63,044 bases of DNA, filler included, from Perkinsus chesapeaki ATCC PRA-425 (GCA_013115145.1; 7 parts of 7 records of this genome joined end to end with filler, not necessarily neighbours in it); one strand, 5' to 3'. Counted from the whole stretch's first letter, positions 47,609-59,338 are shown. Notes: generated by a model from the letters alone, not told the origin. A program made the numbers and translations.

Positions 47609-50193
47609 AATGGGCCCGAGGTAGCAACAAAGCCCAAACCTAGAGGCGCACTTCTTGAGTTAAGTAGAATAAAACTCGGCTCGTATAATACTGGTTGTGG
47701 GGCATGGCGCCGATGACTTTTTGTGCGGCGCAGGTCACGGGGGAGTTATAGGCGGAGATTCTCGGCAAGTTTGAATTTAACTGCGCCCAGGAGACGTTGG
47801 GCTCAGCTTTCATGCCTCACAATACTCTTGAAGACTGGAGGTAATCAATGAGCACGGCTTATCGGTACTAGACCACCGTGACAGGGTACCTTATGCCACC
47901 TTGTGTGCCCGTGGCCCACGGGCCGTGGGTCTGTCTCACAGTAGGGAGTCATAACGAAGGTATTTGGTATCAATCTAACCTCCAGTTGAGCCCTTAGTGT
48001 TATGTCTCAGGAATGCTCGATTTGAGCGAGTCAGGTAGCTCACAGAAGCAATCATATCAGTGGTGAGGAACCCGGGGTTTTCAACTGCCACTGTACATGC
48101 CATGGCGCTTTTCTGGACGTGACGTGTGCCACATCGTTAATGAACATTGCGCGAGACTACGTACTGTTGGCTTCTCGACTATGATACTCGAAAACAGTTT
48201 TGAGAAGTATTCAATTGTAAAGTACCCAATAACAGACGCCCTGTGAAAAAGGATATGTTATAACGATTGGACCGACTTGTATATTATACACTGTATAATC
48301 ATTGCCACTCATTAAATCAACCTACTACGGATGATCCGAGTTACTTATGTTCTACCAAGCAAGAAAATGTAACAGAGATAATAGGATGAGCCCTGAGTGC
48401 CCGACTGTGTTGAGACCCGGGTACACAGTGTGATGATCACACTGTGATCGTGAAATGGAAATCACACCTGGGTTCGACGGTAGCCTCGTATAGCTCGAAA
48501 AGACACACCGCACAAGAACACAGCCCTCCCGGCGGTCTATGATAAACACTAGGGGATTTGTCGATGGAGAGATTATCAATGATGATCACTTCATCATCTA
48601 ATTCTCTGATTTTGCTGCCACATCGAACATCTCTCGATGAACCGTGTCATCGAGAATACACACACCTCGTGGAACAAGGAAAAGGCATGCAATATGTAGT
48701 GGCTGGCTTCCAGCGGGTTGAATGGCAGTAACTGCCGGGCAGTTAACATGGTACTCAATATACGCCAACGATAGCTGATGCCAGTAAAACTGATGGAATG
48801 AAACTAGCCCAGTTTGTGCGCGAATCACCTTAATACTGTCTCTCTCCTTGAGGACGGTTGAACCGTCCTCAATCAAAGAGGACACATTCGGATGGCGTCA
48901 CAGTGACGCAAAGCGTTCTGTCTTAGGTGTTTTCGGTGTCTAAGTCAACCTTGTCGAGTTAGGAAGTATGTGTCGACATTTAAGTCCCTAGATTCTTAAT
49001 TGTTTTCACTAAAGTCCCGAAATTGTACTTCCTAGATGATTGTAGCGAAATTGAAGTCCTTAATCCACCTCCCGGGAGACGCTGTAAATGTAAGTGCTGT
49101 AAACTTTCACTTCGCCATTCAAGGCTGGGATTCAGGAAATGAATTAACTTTTTCATTGGAACATACTGGAGATTCATGAACTGAATGTACATTTTTGGCG
49201 AATGAATATCTCATGCAGTCCGCGAAACCTTTAAATTCAGTTTTTCGTTAATAACTTCTGTTTTAACAGGGAAACCCTGTTTCAACAACTGCGTTTCCGC
49301 ATTATGACTATTAGTTCATACGGTGACCAAATAATATGGTCCATATTATGGTCCAACTACAATGTGTTATAGGACCTCAATGCGACCACGCCTCTCATCT
49401 CTATTATATAATCTCTTTTTTATTATTCCGTTATTAACGGAAGCTCCATACGGTTAGGGTTCAGAAATAGTATCGTAGTCTGAATATTACAACCAGCCTG
49501 TTGGATTACGTTTTCGAATTGGTGAGACCAACTTACATGTGGTTCGAGCATTCATATTCCGCTGAATCTCACACGCCAAACAATGTTGCGCTCTTCCGAG
49601 GAATAAACTCAGCAACTTATGTCTTCGTTCCTTCTATTTCGGAATGTTTGACGAGAGAAAGAAACTCTCGCCCGAAAAGCAGCGACTAAAGGCTCTTAAA
49701 TAGTCTACGAAGTTCGGAGTCCGAACCCTACGTATATCGCAATAGTCGAGCACGAATTGTATTTCAGGGCAGCAAACAGAAAAAATCCTTGCTGTCGGGT
49801 AGCTCGTTTATGAAGAAACGAGATGAGAAACGAGGCTGCTATCAAGCTGTATAGAAAACTCCAGTTTGTCGAGGTGCTGAGTAGGTCAGACTCCACCGTT
49901 CTAGCAAATAAAGTTGAAGCCAGGTATACTTTTTTCCGAGGAAAAGGATAAGTTAACCTTTGCGTATTACGATATGCTCATCAATGCCAGGCCCACGTCT
50001 ATCCAGAGCGCCTTTGGAGGATAGGTTGACAAGGTGTTCATAGACGGGTGACTCATTGATGACTTAACTTAGCGTTTATTCACTATGTTATCCACTTATT
50101 CTATCAACTTCATCTACTGAGTAGATGAAGTGCAGTGCATATAGACTAAATCCTCACAGTAGTAATATATTCACCCAAATAGCCCTGTCATAG

Positions 50194-50846
50194 TCACGAA
50201 ACTGGTTGAATCTTAACCAGCTCAGATATTCTGGTAAAATCTAGCCAAGGTGGAGGACTAGGGCCCCTCATCAACGTTGGGAAGACTGGACACCTGACGA
50301 ACTTGAGATGTTCCTCGGTCAAGTGAGGAGATGACTCCACCAGCCGCGTTGAATCTTCTTCCAGATGCTGTTTAATCGGCCCTAATGGGCCACCATTGAG
50401 TTCTGAATCCTGGGGTGGTATTATTAGGTTCCTAGTCCTGCAGAATATGTTCACACCGAGATACATCAGAGACATGGTAGACCGCCCTCGCAGGCTGAAC
50501 CTTCCTTTCGTATCGATCAGGTGTCGGATTTGCTGGGACGCAGATTCCGGCGCAAATGACGGACGAATTGTCCGGGACAATGACACTTGGAGCACCACTG
50601 AGCCTGTGAGCTTATGTTCCATAGTCTATAGCACTCTACGTTAGGTACCTTATTGATCAACCCACAGCACCAGTAGTCGACACAGGTCACACCTCGGCTC
50701 GAGTCACCCCTGTGTTCGCTTGCGTACCGGTGATAGACGCCGCTGTTAATTCGGGTGCTTTCAAGGTAGCCTTCGGCTTCAGCTATCGTCTCGGTATGTC
50801 TGCCTTTAGGAAGTCGAATCAAATATACATCATTGATCATTTGCAC
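50194..50846 (-). pseudogene. Possible retroelement RT remnant
   Basis: TCVDYWCC followed by LMYLGVNI weakly resembles RT YVDD plus YLG. No intact motif. Confidence 0.2.
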
Positions 50847-51319
50847 TAGAGAATTGATACTACTAGCACTTGATTAACTATGGTGTTGGGTTAACTAGTT
50901 CCGAGATACTAGTAGTAAGGATTGCTAGGATTCGGTTCGAACGCGGGAGGATCTCCCGCGGGCGTAGGCGCCGGCGTTCGGCGGCGCTTACTACAGCTCG
51001 TGTCCCTTTACTATTAGGCGCTCCCCGCGCCGGCGCCGGGGGCGCTCAACTTACATTCCCCTTAGAAAAATGATTTCCACCATGTTCGGCCGATGGCGAG
51101 CGCTCTATTTCGTGGCGCGTGACATGGTCTGCGACAGAATCACTTGCAGACTACTATCTTCTTTTGGGCAGTCGAGGCTAGGAGCACCTTTATCTCGTAA
51201 GGGGCAGTGATGAGCTTATGGGAGATCGCATTCTGCCGTGCTTTGAGTATAGCTCTTATCCGGACCTATTGTCTTTGTGATTTAGTTGTTACTCTTTGTT
51301 ACTCTCTCTATTAAAAATC

Positions 51320-52362
51320 ATGTCAAATGATACTAACGAGGTTATTACAATGACCACAAGCTCAAGGAGAGCTTCTTACACTCCAAAGGGAGAAGCCTTG
51401 GCTAAAGTTGCTCCTACCAGAGAGCCGTCCAGCCACCACACTGAGCATGTCCCCTTGATGACAATACAAAGTGATGGCTTGAAATAATAAAACGCTTCAA
51501 TTTTATTAGGTCTCGTTCGTTCGGCAGAAGCCACCTCTACCATCGATGATGATACCCTCTATAATGTGTGTCGTATGGCCGTTCAACATGGACGACCACG
51601 AGCGCACGCTAATGCATTAGCCTCTATGACCCGATCCAGGTCAACTAGGGGCCGACTGTCTTATGAGGAGTTGCATCATTTGATGGCAGCAACCATTTCG
51701 GGTGTGGAGATGTGCGATTATATTCCGGGCCCAGCGGGGACACAAGATAATAGTGGACGCAGCCGAAGAGCTCAGAAAGTACTTGTGAATTTCTGCCCTA
51801 TCCCCAGGATGCATTACTTCTACAACGCCCTTACGCTGCCTGAGGTACGGCAGTATGCGTATACACTAAATTAGTGTCTAAAACAGGTGTCACAGAACTA
51901 CTTTGACGATATATATCTCCGACCAAGTGCAAGCCTACTAGCTCCTTCTGTTCCCTCTTCCCGTGGTCATCATCACCATCACCACCGAATTGAAGCCACT
52001 GAGGCCAATGGATGCCATCATCAAAGCAGCAGTAGCAGCAGCAGTGTAGGACGGAGACTATCTACAGTGAAAGGGGTGGGCGAGTGCAGTACAGGGGATT
52101 GCTGAACTCCGTCTATATCAGACTGAGAATGTCGCCACGACGCCGAACGCCTCATCAGCTGGTCTCTCTGAAACTGTTATTCCTTCGGATGTATCCGCGT
52201 CATCGGTTGCTGCAGTAAGGCTCATTGGTCCGATTCGGGGGGACGTATTTTTAGGTGAACCATTCCACTGAGGATTCTCCTAATCCCAGTGGAGCAAGTG
52301 CAGCAGCGGCGCCGGCAAATGAGAGCGGTACGGCTGCTAGTGACGGCGGTGCTCCGCAGTGA
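51320..52362 (+). CDS. Highly divergent beta-tubulin-derived protein (middle region only recognisable); ends approximate
   Basis: Splicing 51471-51509 and 51845-51886 gives VAPTREPSSHHTE..IQSLVRSAEATSTIDDDTLYNVC..LSYEELHHLMAATISGVEMC..IPG..AQKVLVNFCPIPRMHYF..ALTLPEVSQNYFD, co-linear with beta-tubulin LVEN..IDNEALYDIC..TYGDLNHLVSATMSGVT.C..FPG..LRKLAVNMVPFPRLHFF..ALTVPELTQQMFD. Confidence 0.7.
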
Positions 52363-52916
52363 TAATTGTCGTTTTGTAATTGACTATACCGTAGTACATA
52401 CCGAGGGTTGAAATCAATTAGGCATTGGACTCTCTCGCCTCCTCTTAATCTGATTGCCGATCATTTCGTTACTAGAAGATGTCTCCTTGTCCTGTAGATA
52501 GGTGTCAGAAAACTTAGAGAAGTTGTTGTTACTGCAAAAAGCTCATAACGGTGATACTCAGCAGCACCAGCAGTGCTGGTGGTGCTGGTCCAGCACCACC
52601 ATCAGCGTTATTAATAGTAGCCGTCGTCTTCGTTATTCCAGGGGTAACTCAGTGGTTCCAGATGAATATTAGGGGATGGTCGTAGTTTTTTGTCTGGGGC
52701 GTTTCCTGTTTGTCTTATATTGTCTGTTCCATAGTATTGTAATTGATTGATTTTTATCCCCCTTAACATTGAAGGCTACTGGCTGCTGTTATTGTTGGTG
52801 ATGTTATTAGTACCATCGAGTAGGTTCGAGCTACTGCTGTTGTCACCACTTTCTCTATAACTCAACAACTAGGTTGGAGCGTATGCCCCAAACGCTAGCA
52901 GTCTCGTAGTGTTGCG

Positions 52917-53308
52917 TTGGAGCTGTGGGGTAGTAGGCGGCCGGGTAGTCTTAGTGGATTTGCTATGTCAAGCGACAGCGAAGGCACCGTGAAGATTAGT
53001 GATGCAATTAGGCAAACGGGCGATGACGATTGTCCTGGAATTCGGGCGAGTGAGCCGCCGCAAACAGTGTCCAGTGGTGAATCTGATGAGGAGCGATTCG
53101 CTCGAGAATCGGCGGAGATGGAGTCAATGGGGTTGTTCACTCGGATGGCAACTTTATTCAAGGAGGACTGCTTGGCGGAGGTGGAGAAGAAAGCACGTCA
53201 ACGTAATGTGGACGGAGATGAGGAATGGGTAAGTGGAAGACGGGATTGAACTCGCGACCATAGGCATAACAACACGGAGCTCTAACTGCTAGGCTATCTG
53301 GGAATGTT
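52917..53308 (+). CDS. Hypothetical acidic protein exon(s)
   Basis: ORF 52917-53249 (..ESDEERFARESAEMESMGLF..), followed by candidate intron 53229-53292. Confidence 0.4.
53229..53292 (-). other. tRNA-Ile-like degenerate fragment forming a 64-nt candidate intron
   Basis: Reverse complement CTAGCAGTTAGAGCTCCGTGTTGTTATGCCTATGGTCGCGAGTTCAATCCCGTCTTCCACTTAC; GTTAGAGC and GGTCGCGAGTTCAATCCC resemble eukaryotic tRNA-Ile D- and T-arm sequence. Confidence 0.55.
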
Positions 53309-54065
53309 AAGTCTAGTACACTTCATTTTGGAGTGTCCGCGAACCTTTGCTGTAGTAGCGCTGGGAGGGCGCGAAAGCCTTTGTTCTTAGCCAGCATTCT
53401 AGCTACAGCAGGAGCAACGACGCTGTGGTAGGTATTTAGATTGATGAATCTATTATATATCTTCATTATACTAGTGATAATCCTGGGGCCGACGACAGAT
53501 GCCTTGAGGTTAGCAATAGTGCCATGTAGAATGGTAATACTATCATTTAAGCGTAATTAGTTTAAGTTTGGAAAGGACTAAATGATAGACAGAATGGAAG
53601 CAAATATTAAACAACTGTACTCTTCTATTTATCCACCGATCTCCAGACAAGATACAGTATGGATAATCGAAATAGTATACTAAATCGATTAACCGTTTCA
53701 TGACTGATTATTAATAGCGCCCGAATTTCTCGGCGCGTGAAGAACCGCGCAGTGAAGTATCATGATAGGGCAGGTTACTCCATGTATTTAAAAGCACTAA
53801 CCTCAAGCAAGTGTTGAAGTTGTGCATCACAGCCGCCGCTACCACACTGAGAAAAATACACCGTTTCAGATCATCGACATTAAAAGCCCGACGTCTTCTT
53901 AATTCAATTTTTATACACACATCAATCTATTTGCAGAGGAGTTCTCGCAGCATATTGCGTGTTGATCATTCAAGTGTTCCTCCTCTTATATCGATATTCA
54001 CTTACAGAGATTGGTCGGTCATAGTAGAAGGCGGTGTTATATAATAATTTATCATCTTACTTATC

Positions 54066-56221
54066 ATGGCTGATAAGGATAATAGTAGTTCAAATATCCT
54101 TCCACGTATTGAGAGAATTATTATGTATCTGCGGGCAACTGCAGGAGTAATCGATCACGCTACAATAACTAGTTCACGCTCTCTTAATCGACTGGCATTG
54201 ACATTGTGGCGCACAACGTGTCTTTAACTAAAGGCGCACAAAGCAGCCCCATACAGCGTATAAGTAGAGGATCTTGATAAATGCTCCCTCTGTACCTAGA
54301 TGCATCGGTTATGTTTCCTCTTAGAATTTACGGAATGAAATCACACAGCGGTGGTTGATGTTGCTTGTCTGGTCAGAAACAATGGGAAGTCGATCCCGCT
54401 GAGCTTGAGGAGGAGTGCAAGATAGGACGAGGCTCGACAGCAGATGTTTATCGCGGCAAGTGGCGAGGTAGTAATGGTGTCGGATGGCAGGCATGGGAGG
54501 CGATGTGGCTCAGGGAAAACCGTGGCAATTAAGGAATTCCACACCGACCAGTCGAAGAGTTCTTTTATAGCCCGGGAGCTACGGGCTATTGTCAAGTTCT
54601 GTGCGGACACTTCTCATCCTAATATTGTAATACCGGTTTGAATACCCGGGGTACTCTGATCCGCGCAGGTTCGATTCTATGGTGTGTCACTTTCTACTTC
54701 TCCCCTTCTGTTGATAACCGAGTACTGCGCGGGAGGTAAGGATCGAGTTCCTATAAAAGAGGAAGACGTCCCTTTAGGAACTCTGTTCCATTTTGTGCAC
54801 AAGAGAACGATACTGTGGGAAACTTCACTGCAGCAAAAGCTCAAGATGTGCTTGGATGTTGCTCGGGCGATGAAGTAATAAGGGGGGGGCTAAGCAGCAG
54901 TTGTAGGGTTTATATTGCATGCCATAGGGCTCGTTCGGCGGCAATGAACCGCCGATTTTGAAAGTCAGAATCGATTCCAGAACTGCTTTCCACGGAATCG
55001 ATTCTGAAAGCCAGAATTTAATTAATGAACAGGGGAATGGTGAAATGATATAGGGTATTGCTCATCGGCTTATAAGATATTTCCTAGATGTGTTGTTTAT
55101 AAATGTAGTTTGTTGGATATTAGCTTGGTTGGACTGAGTAAATTACTCCTTCGGGGATGTTCCGTGGGCTATGCATTTGCATGTCGATCGCAGGGGATGT
55201 ATCACCTTACTAGGAATTGTAATAATCATAAGGGGTTAAATAAATATAATGATAAGGGGTTAAATAAATATAATGATAAGGAGTTAAATAAATATAATGA
55301 TAAGGAGTTAAATAAATATAATAATAAGGGGTTGAATATCTCCTGTACTTTTTTTGGCCGTAGTATCGGCATGTCGTCGTCTGTATAATTATTAGGTATT
55401 TACATTCCCTTGACCCTCCTATGCTTCATAGAGATCTTAAAAGCCTTAATTTACTCTTAGCCGAGCCATTAAATGTAATATCCTACCAGTGGCCTATTGT
55501 ATATCGATTGTGTGCTGCAGTGTCCCCTTGATGAGCCACTGTTGAAGGTGGCGGACTTTGGCTTAGCGAGATGTAAGGCAGGTGAAGATGAGAGTATGAC
55601 TGCTAAGGTAGGACGGTGTGACCTGTGGGATTCGAACCAGGGACCTTTCGATTGCCGCAGGTTGGTACTATATGGTGGATGTCCCCTGAAGTGTTGGAAT
55701 CAACTCACTACGATGAGCGAGCTGACGTCTACAGCTACGCGATGGTCTGCTATGAGATACTCACAGAAATGCCGCCGTTTCGGTAAAACGGCGGAGCGAA
55801 GCGTTTCATGTTATCGGATTTGTCCGTTGTAGGGAGCTGAATCCGATCAAGTGCTCGATGAAAATAATAAATGGGGAGCGGCCTGATTTATATGATGTAC
55901 CACACCGGGATCGAACCTGGGGCCTTCCGATTGACATCCTTTTACAGATACCGCCTGAGGTGCCGGCATCTTTGATTGCGTTGCTGACTCGTTGCTGGAG
56001 TGCTGAACGGTCGGATAGGTTGTCATTTGTAGAGGTAGGCTGCGTGCATGCTATTTAATTGAAGGTTTGTTGGGTTTTAGATTGTTGAATTTCTAGAGGA
56101 GCTTCGAGAGAAGTTGTTGTTGAAACACGTTAGCAAACGTAAAAGGAGAGGAAGCTGCCAGGTAGGGTTGATAAAGGTCGCAGGTTCGATCCCCGGGTGC
56201 GGTATTTTTCAGATTATGTGA
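54066..56221 (+). CDS. Tyrosine-kinase-like (TKL) protein kinase, multi-exon; start uncertain, kinase domain from 54377
   Basis: WEVDPAEL..IGRGSTADVYRGKWRG, VAIK, HPNI|VRFYG, ITEYC, HRDLKSLN, VADFGLAR, GTIWWMSPE, DVYSY, GERP, CW..R.SF. Confidence 0.93.
55221..55335 (+). repeat. 24-bp AT-rich minisatellite (~4.7 copies) in kinase intron
   Basis: ATAAGG(G/A)GTTAAATAAATATAATG repeated. Confidence 0.92.
55608..55660 (-). other. tRNA 3'-half fragment forming a 53-nt kinase intron
   Basis: Reverse complement CTGCGGCAATCGAAAGGTCCCTGGTTCGAATCCCACAGGTCAC. Splicing joins ESMTAK|VGTIWWMSPE. Confidence 0.75.
55897..55947 (-). other. tRNA 3'-half fragment in a 51-nt kinase intron
   Basis: Reverse complement ..TGTCAATCGGAAGGCCCCAGGTTCGATCCCGGTGTGGTAC. 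Splicing joins GERPDLYD|IPPEVP. Confidence 0.72.
56162..56212 (+). other. tRNA 3'-half fragment (sense) in a candidate last kinase intron
   Basis: GTAGGGTTGATAAAGGTCGCAGGTTCGATCCCCGGGTGCGGTATTTTTCAG. Confidence 0.7.
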
Positions 56222-56417
56222 TCCTAAATTTAGTAAGTCCTTGAGAATTCCCGAGTCTCTCAGCGCCCCCTTTCGATTATACTGCTAACATTTTATGTTC
56301 ATTTATAATAGTAATAAACAGTAGCATGATCGCCGAATGATGTCCTCAATGCAGCTGATGTTTTTGAGTTAGTGGGAAAATGGAGGTCCTGGGAATCGAA
56401 CCCGTGCAGGTTGTTTC

Positions 56418-57205
56418 ATGATCGCCACAGGCGGGCTTAGGCAGCTTCGGGCGCCGCTAGTGGGACAGGTATCTTTAGGTCGGATTGAGCTCCCCCGCTA
56501 TGGTGGTCAGGTAAGGGGTTTCAAGGCGCTGCCGAAGCCGAAGAACCATTGGGAAGTGGACTACTCGCAATGGACGAAAGAAAGGCTGACAAGATTAAGT
56601 GGGAAAATACCACCGCTGGGGATAGAACCTGTGCGGGAATGGATGTTGTGGGTTAGGAAGGAAGCAAGAGAGGCTCTGCCAAGAGGCTAATGCGTACGAT
56701 ACAATTAAGATGTGCTACAGGCGAGGACTTGAAAAGCTCGTCTATGAGGGAGAGGTATCGGAGGGTCACCTAGGATGATCGAATGGGCATGTATTTAGGA
56801 AATATATTTCCAAAACACTTGTTTGATCTTAAGCCTTATACTGCCAACATATTTCAAACCAAACAGTCCATTCCTAGCATTTGCTCTATTTCGACAGACG
56901 TACTGCCTCGTGGCTGAATAAGTCTCGAGTTTGCCTCGAGTAGAAATGTTTGTAACCTGCTGCTTGCCGCAGATCACCAAGGAGACAGCTGGTCGGTGGG
57001 CGAAGATAGATGCGAGGCTCATCCAGCTTCAGTCGAGGTAAGTCTGAGAATTAAAGAGGAAGGAAGATTTCCCACTTCAATCAGGCCACGGTTATTGATG
57101 TTATCCGATGCCCGGCAAAGAATGTTCCAAGGCTATATGAGAGAGCATTTTCCGAAGAAACCGCTCGAGCGTGAGGATGGCGGTGATGATGATGATGCCG
57201 AGTGA
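56418..57205 (+). CDS. Hypothetical multi-exon protein with mitochondrial-presequence-like N-terminus
   Basis: MIATGGLRQLRAPLVGQ..VRGFKALPKPKNHW is Arg-rich and acid-poor; final exon ends EREDGGDDDDAE*. Confidence 0.5.
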
Positions 57206-57585
57206 GCATGCTTCCGTTTCCGATTGCTATGTGTGTTGTGTTCTTCGTGATCGATAGCTTTATCAAGTACATTCTGGTGATCTGTGTGGTGGATGGATGT
57301 GTTGAGTGTGGGAGAAGATAATGTGTAAATCGATCAACCGTTTCATTATTTGTATACCTTCAGACGTCGGGTGTTTGAAACATGTGGAAATTGTAATATA
57401 ATTCGTGGGGCAATCGATCGCCCGCTATAGGTGAATATTGTCATGTCTTGTTATTGATATCTAAGGTTGAAGCGTGCACATCAGTCGCGCACAAGTGTTT
57501 TTTTAAATATACGTTTATAACCCCATTTGTTATCTTTCATTATTTCTGCTTTTCTTGTCATATCTTTCTCTTTTCCCCGATTATA

Positions 57586-58642
57586 ATGCAGGCCGACTCG
57601 GAGCCCAGTCCCACAGTCGCCACGGGGCAGTTGGATGGTTCTAAGCAACCAGTTAATAAAATTGAGGAATTTAAAGTCTTGGCGATGCCCTTCATTGCCA
57701 GGATAACCTCGTCGGTAAGGTTATATACTGGCTGAAAATCCGGAAAATTTCAGAAAATTCGGGAAAATCCTAAAAAATTTAGAAAATTCGGGAAAATACT
57801 GAAAATTTCGGAAAATTCGGGAAAATACTGAAAATTTCGGAAAATTCGGGGGAATCCGGAAAATTTTAGGAAATTTGGGAAAATCTAAAATTTTTCCTAA
57901 TTTTTTCCAGCTTAAAGTAGGACGCCATTTTGTGAAGGCATTTAGCGGCTTTTGAAGTCCTAAAGACATTCCGTCATCTGAGCTTGAACGAAAAAATGTG
58001 AAAACATCTTTTTTACCAGCGCTGATTTGTGTGAGCATTTGAAGTACCCGTGTGGACGTTGTCCACATTTTTGCCCTGTTTTAGGTTACAATTTTAAAGC
58101 CATGGGGTGAGTTCATGAAGTTTAGCAAGCCCAAGACGAGCGGCGAAGTGTCCCAAAGAATAGCCAAGAATTTGTTTTACTATCAAGGGAACTATGGGGT
58201 TTGTGCTGTGGTCTTACTCCTGCTGTGTAAGTGCTTCAGTACTTGACCTAGTTAGTATCTTGCAAGCTTCGACCTAAGATATTTCAGGGGTATTGACAAC
58301 ACCGTCTGCGCTTTTGCTCTGTTTGCTGTTGGTTGGCTGCTGGCTTGCTTTTCTCGGTAAAAACTCCGACCCAAATTGGAGCCCCCAAATCGGTGGTGTG
58401 TCCCTGACTCGAACTCAACGTATCTTAGCAATGGCCGTCCTATCAGGAGCTCTCGTAAGTATCCAAGTTAACCTCTAAAATATCTTTGCGCATGCGTGCA
58501 GGTATTGATCTTTGCCGGTGGCCTAATAGTTACCGTCCTCAGTCTATCGGGTGTATTGGCTGTTACGCATGCAACGTTCAATTGTGGTGGCGGTAAATTC
58601 GAAGAATTGGCGGAAGAGGAACTTCCTCTCAATTCTGTATAA
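57586..58642 (+). CDS. PRA1 (prenylated Rab acceptor) family membrane protein
   Basis: LKPWGEFMKFSKP..RIAKNLFYYQGNY, followed by hydrophobic hairpins and THATF. Confidence 0.85.
57734..57906 (+). repeat. Phased A/T-tract minisatellite (9-10-bp GAAAATTCGG units, ~29-bp higher order) in PRA1 intron 1
   Basis: About 17 consecutive GAAAAT-started units. Confidence 0.9.
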
Positions 58643-58684
58643 GCAGACGACAGTCCCGGGTTCGAATCCCAGGACCTCCATTTT
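58643..58684 (+). other. tRNA-Ala-like 3'-half fragment just after the PRA1 stop codon (or in candidate intron 58637-58698)
   Basis: GTCCCGGGTTCGAATCCCAGGACCTCCATTTT. Confidence 0.72.
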
Positions 58685-59338
58685 AACTATTTGCACAGTT
58701 CCTTTTCTATTGCTTGTTGTGTTTGCTGTACTATTCCAGCCTATATGGGTGTAATCGTCAGAATTCTCCTTGGTGTGAGTAGGAAATTTCGATCTGATTT
58801 TTTTATGCTGAGCAGCGAAGTTCTTTTGGGGTTCAACACTTCAGCTGAGGAATACTAACAGATCGACTCTTAGCGATTGAACTAGTATCGGCCAGTTTGT
58901 TAGTGATTTTCCAAAGCGGAGGAGCATATAGGTATAATAATTACTTTATACTACTAATAAAATTATACTATAATAAAGTATACTTTATATGTTCTATTGC
59001 AGATGAATACTAAATAGTATCGTTTATATATTATCTTTATATTAAAATGGTCTATATATAATATTAATCATTGGCTGGATGATACTATCATCTCCTATTT
59101 CCCTTCGATTGCCTAAGGCAATGAGTTTGCACTTGTTGAGCGCTTGCCTAAACGGTTTTGGTAAGGAACACATTTTGCAGCAATCTGCTGCCTTACTACG
59201 TCGTCATTAAAAACAACGCAATGTTTGAAAGAATTTGATGAGAAGGAAGAAGGCAGGAAAAATTATTGTCTGTTCGATGATAGCATATTATTATTGTCAT
59301 AAGATTTGCCTCGACTATTGCAGTTCATTTTCTTCACC

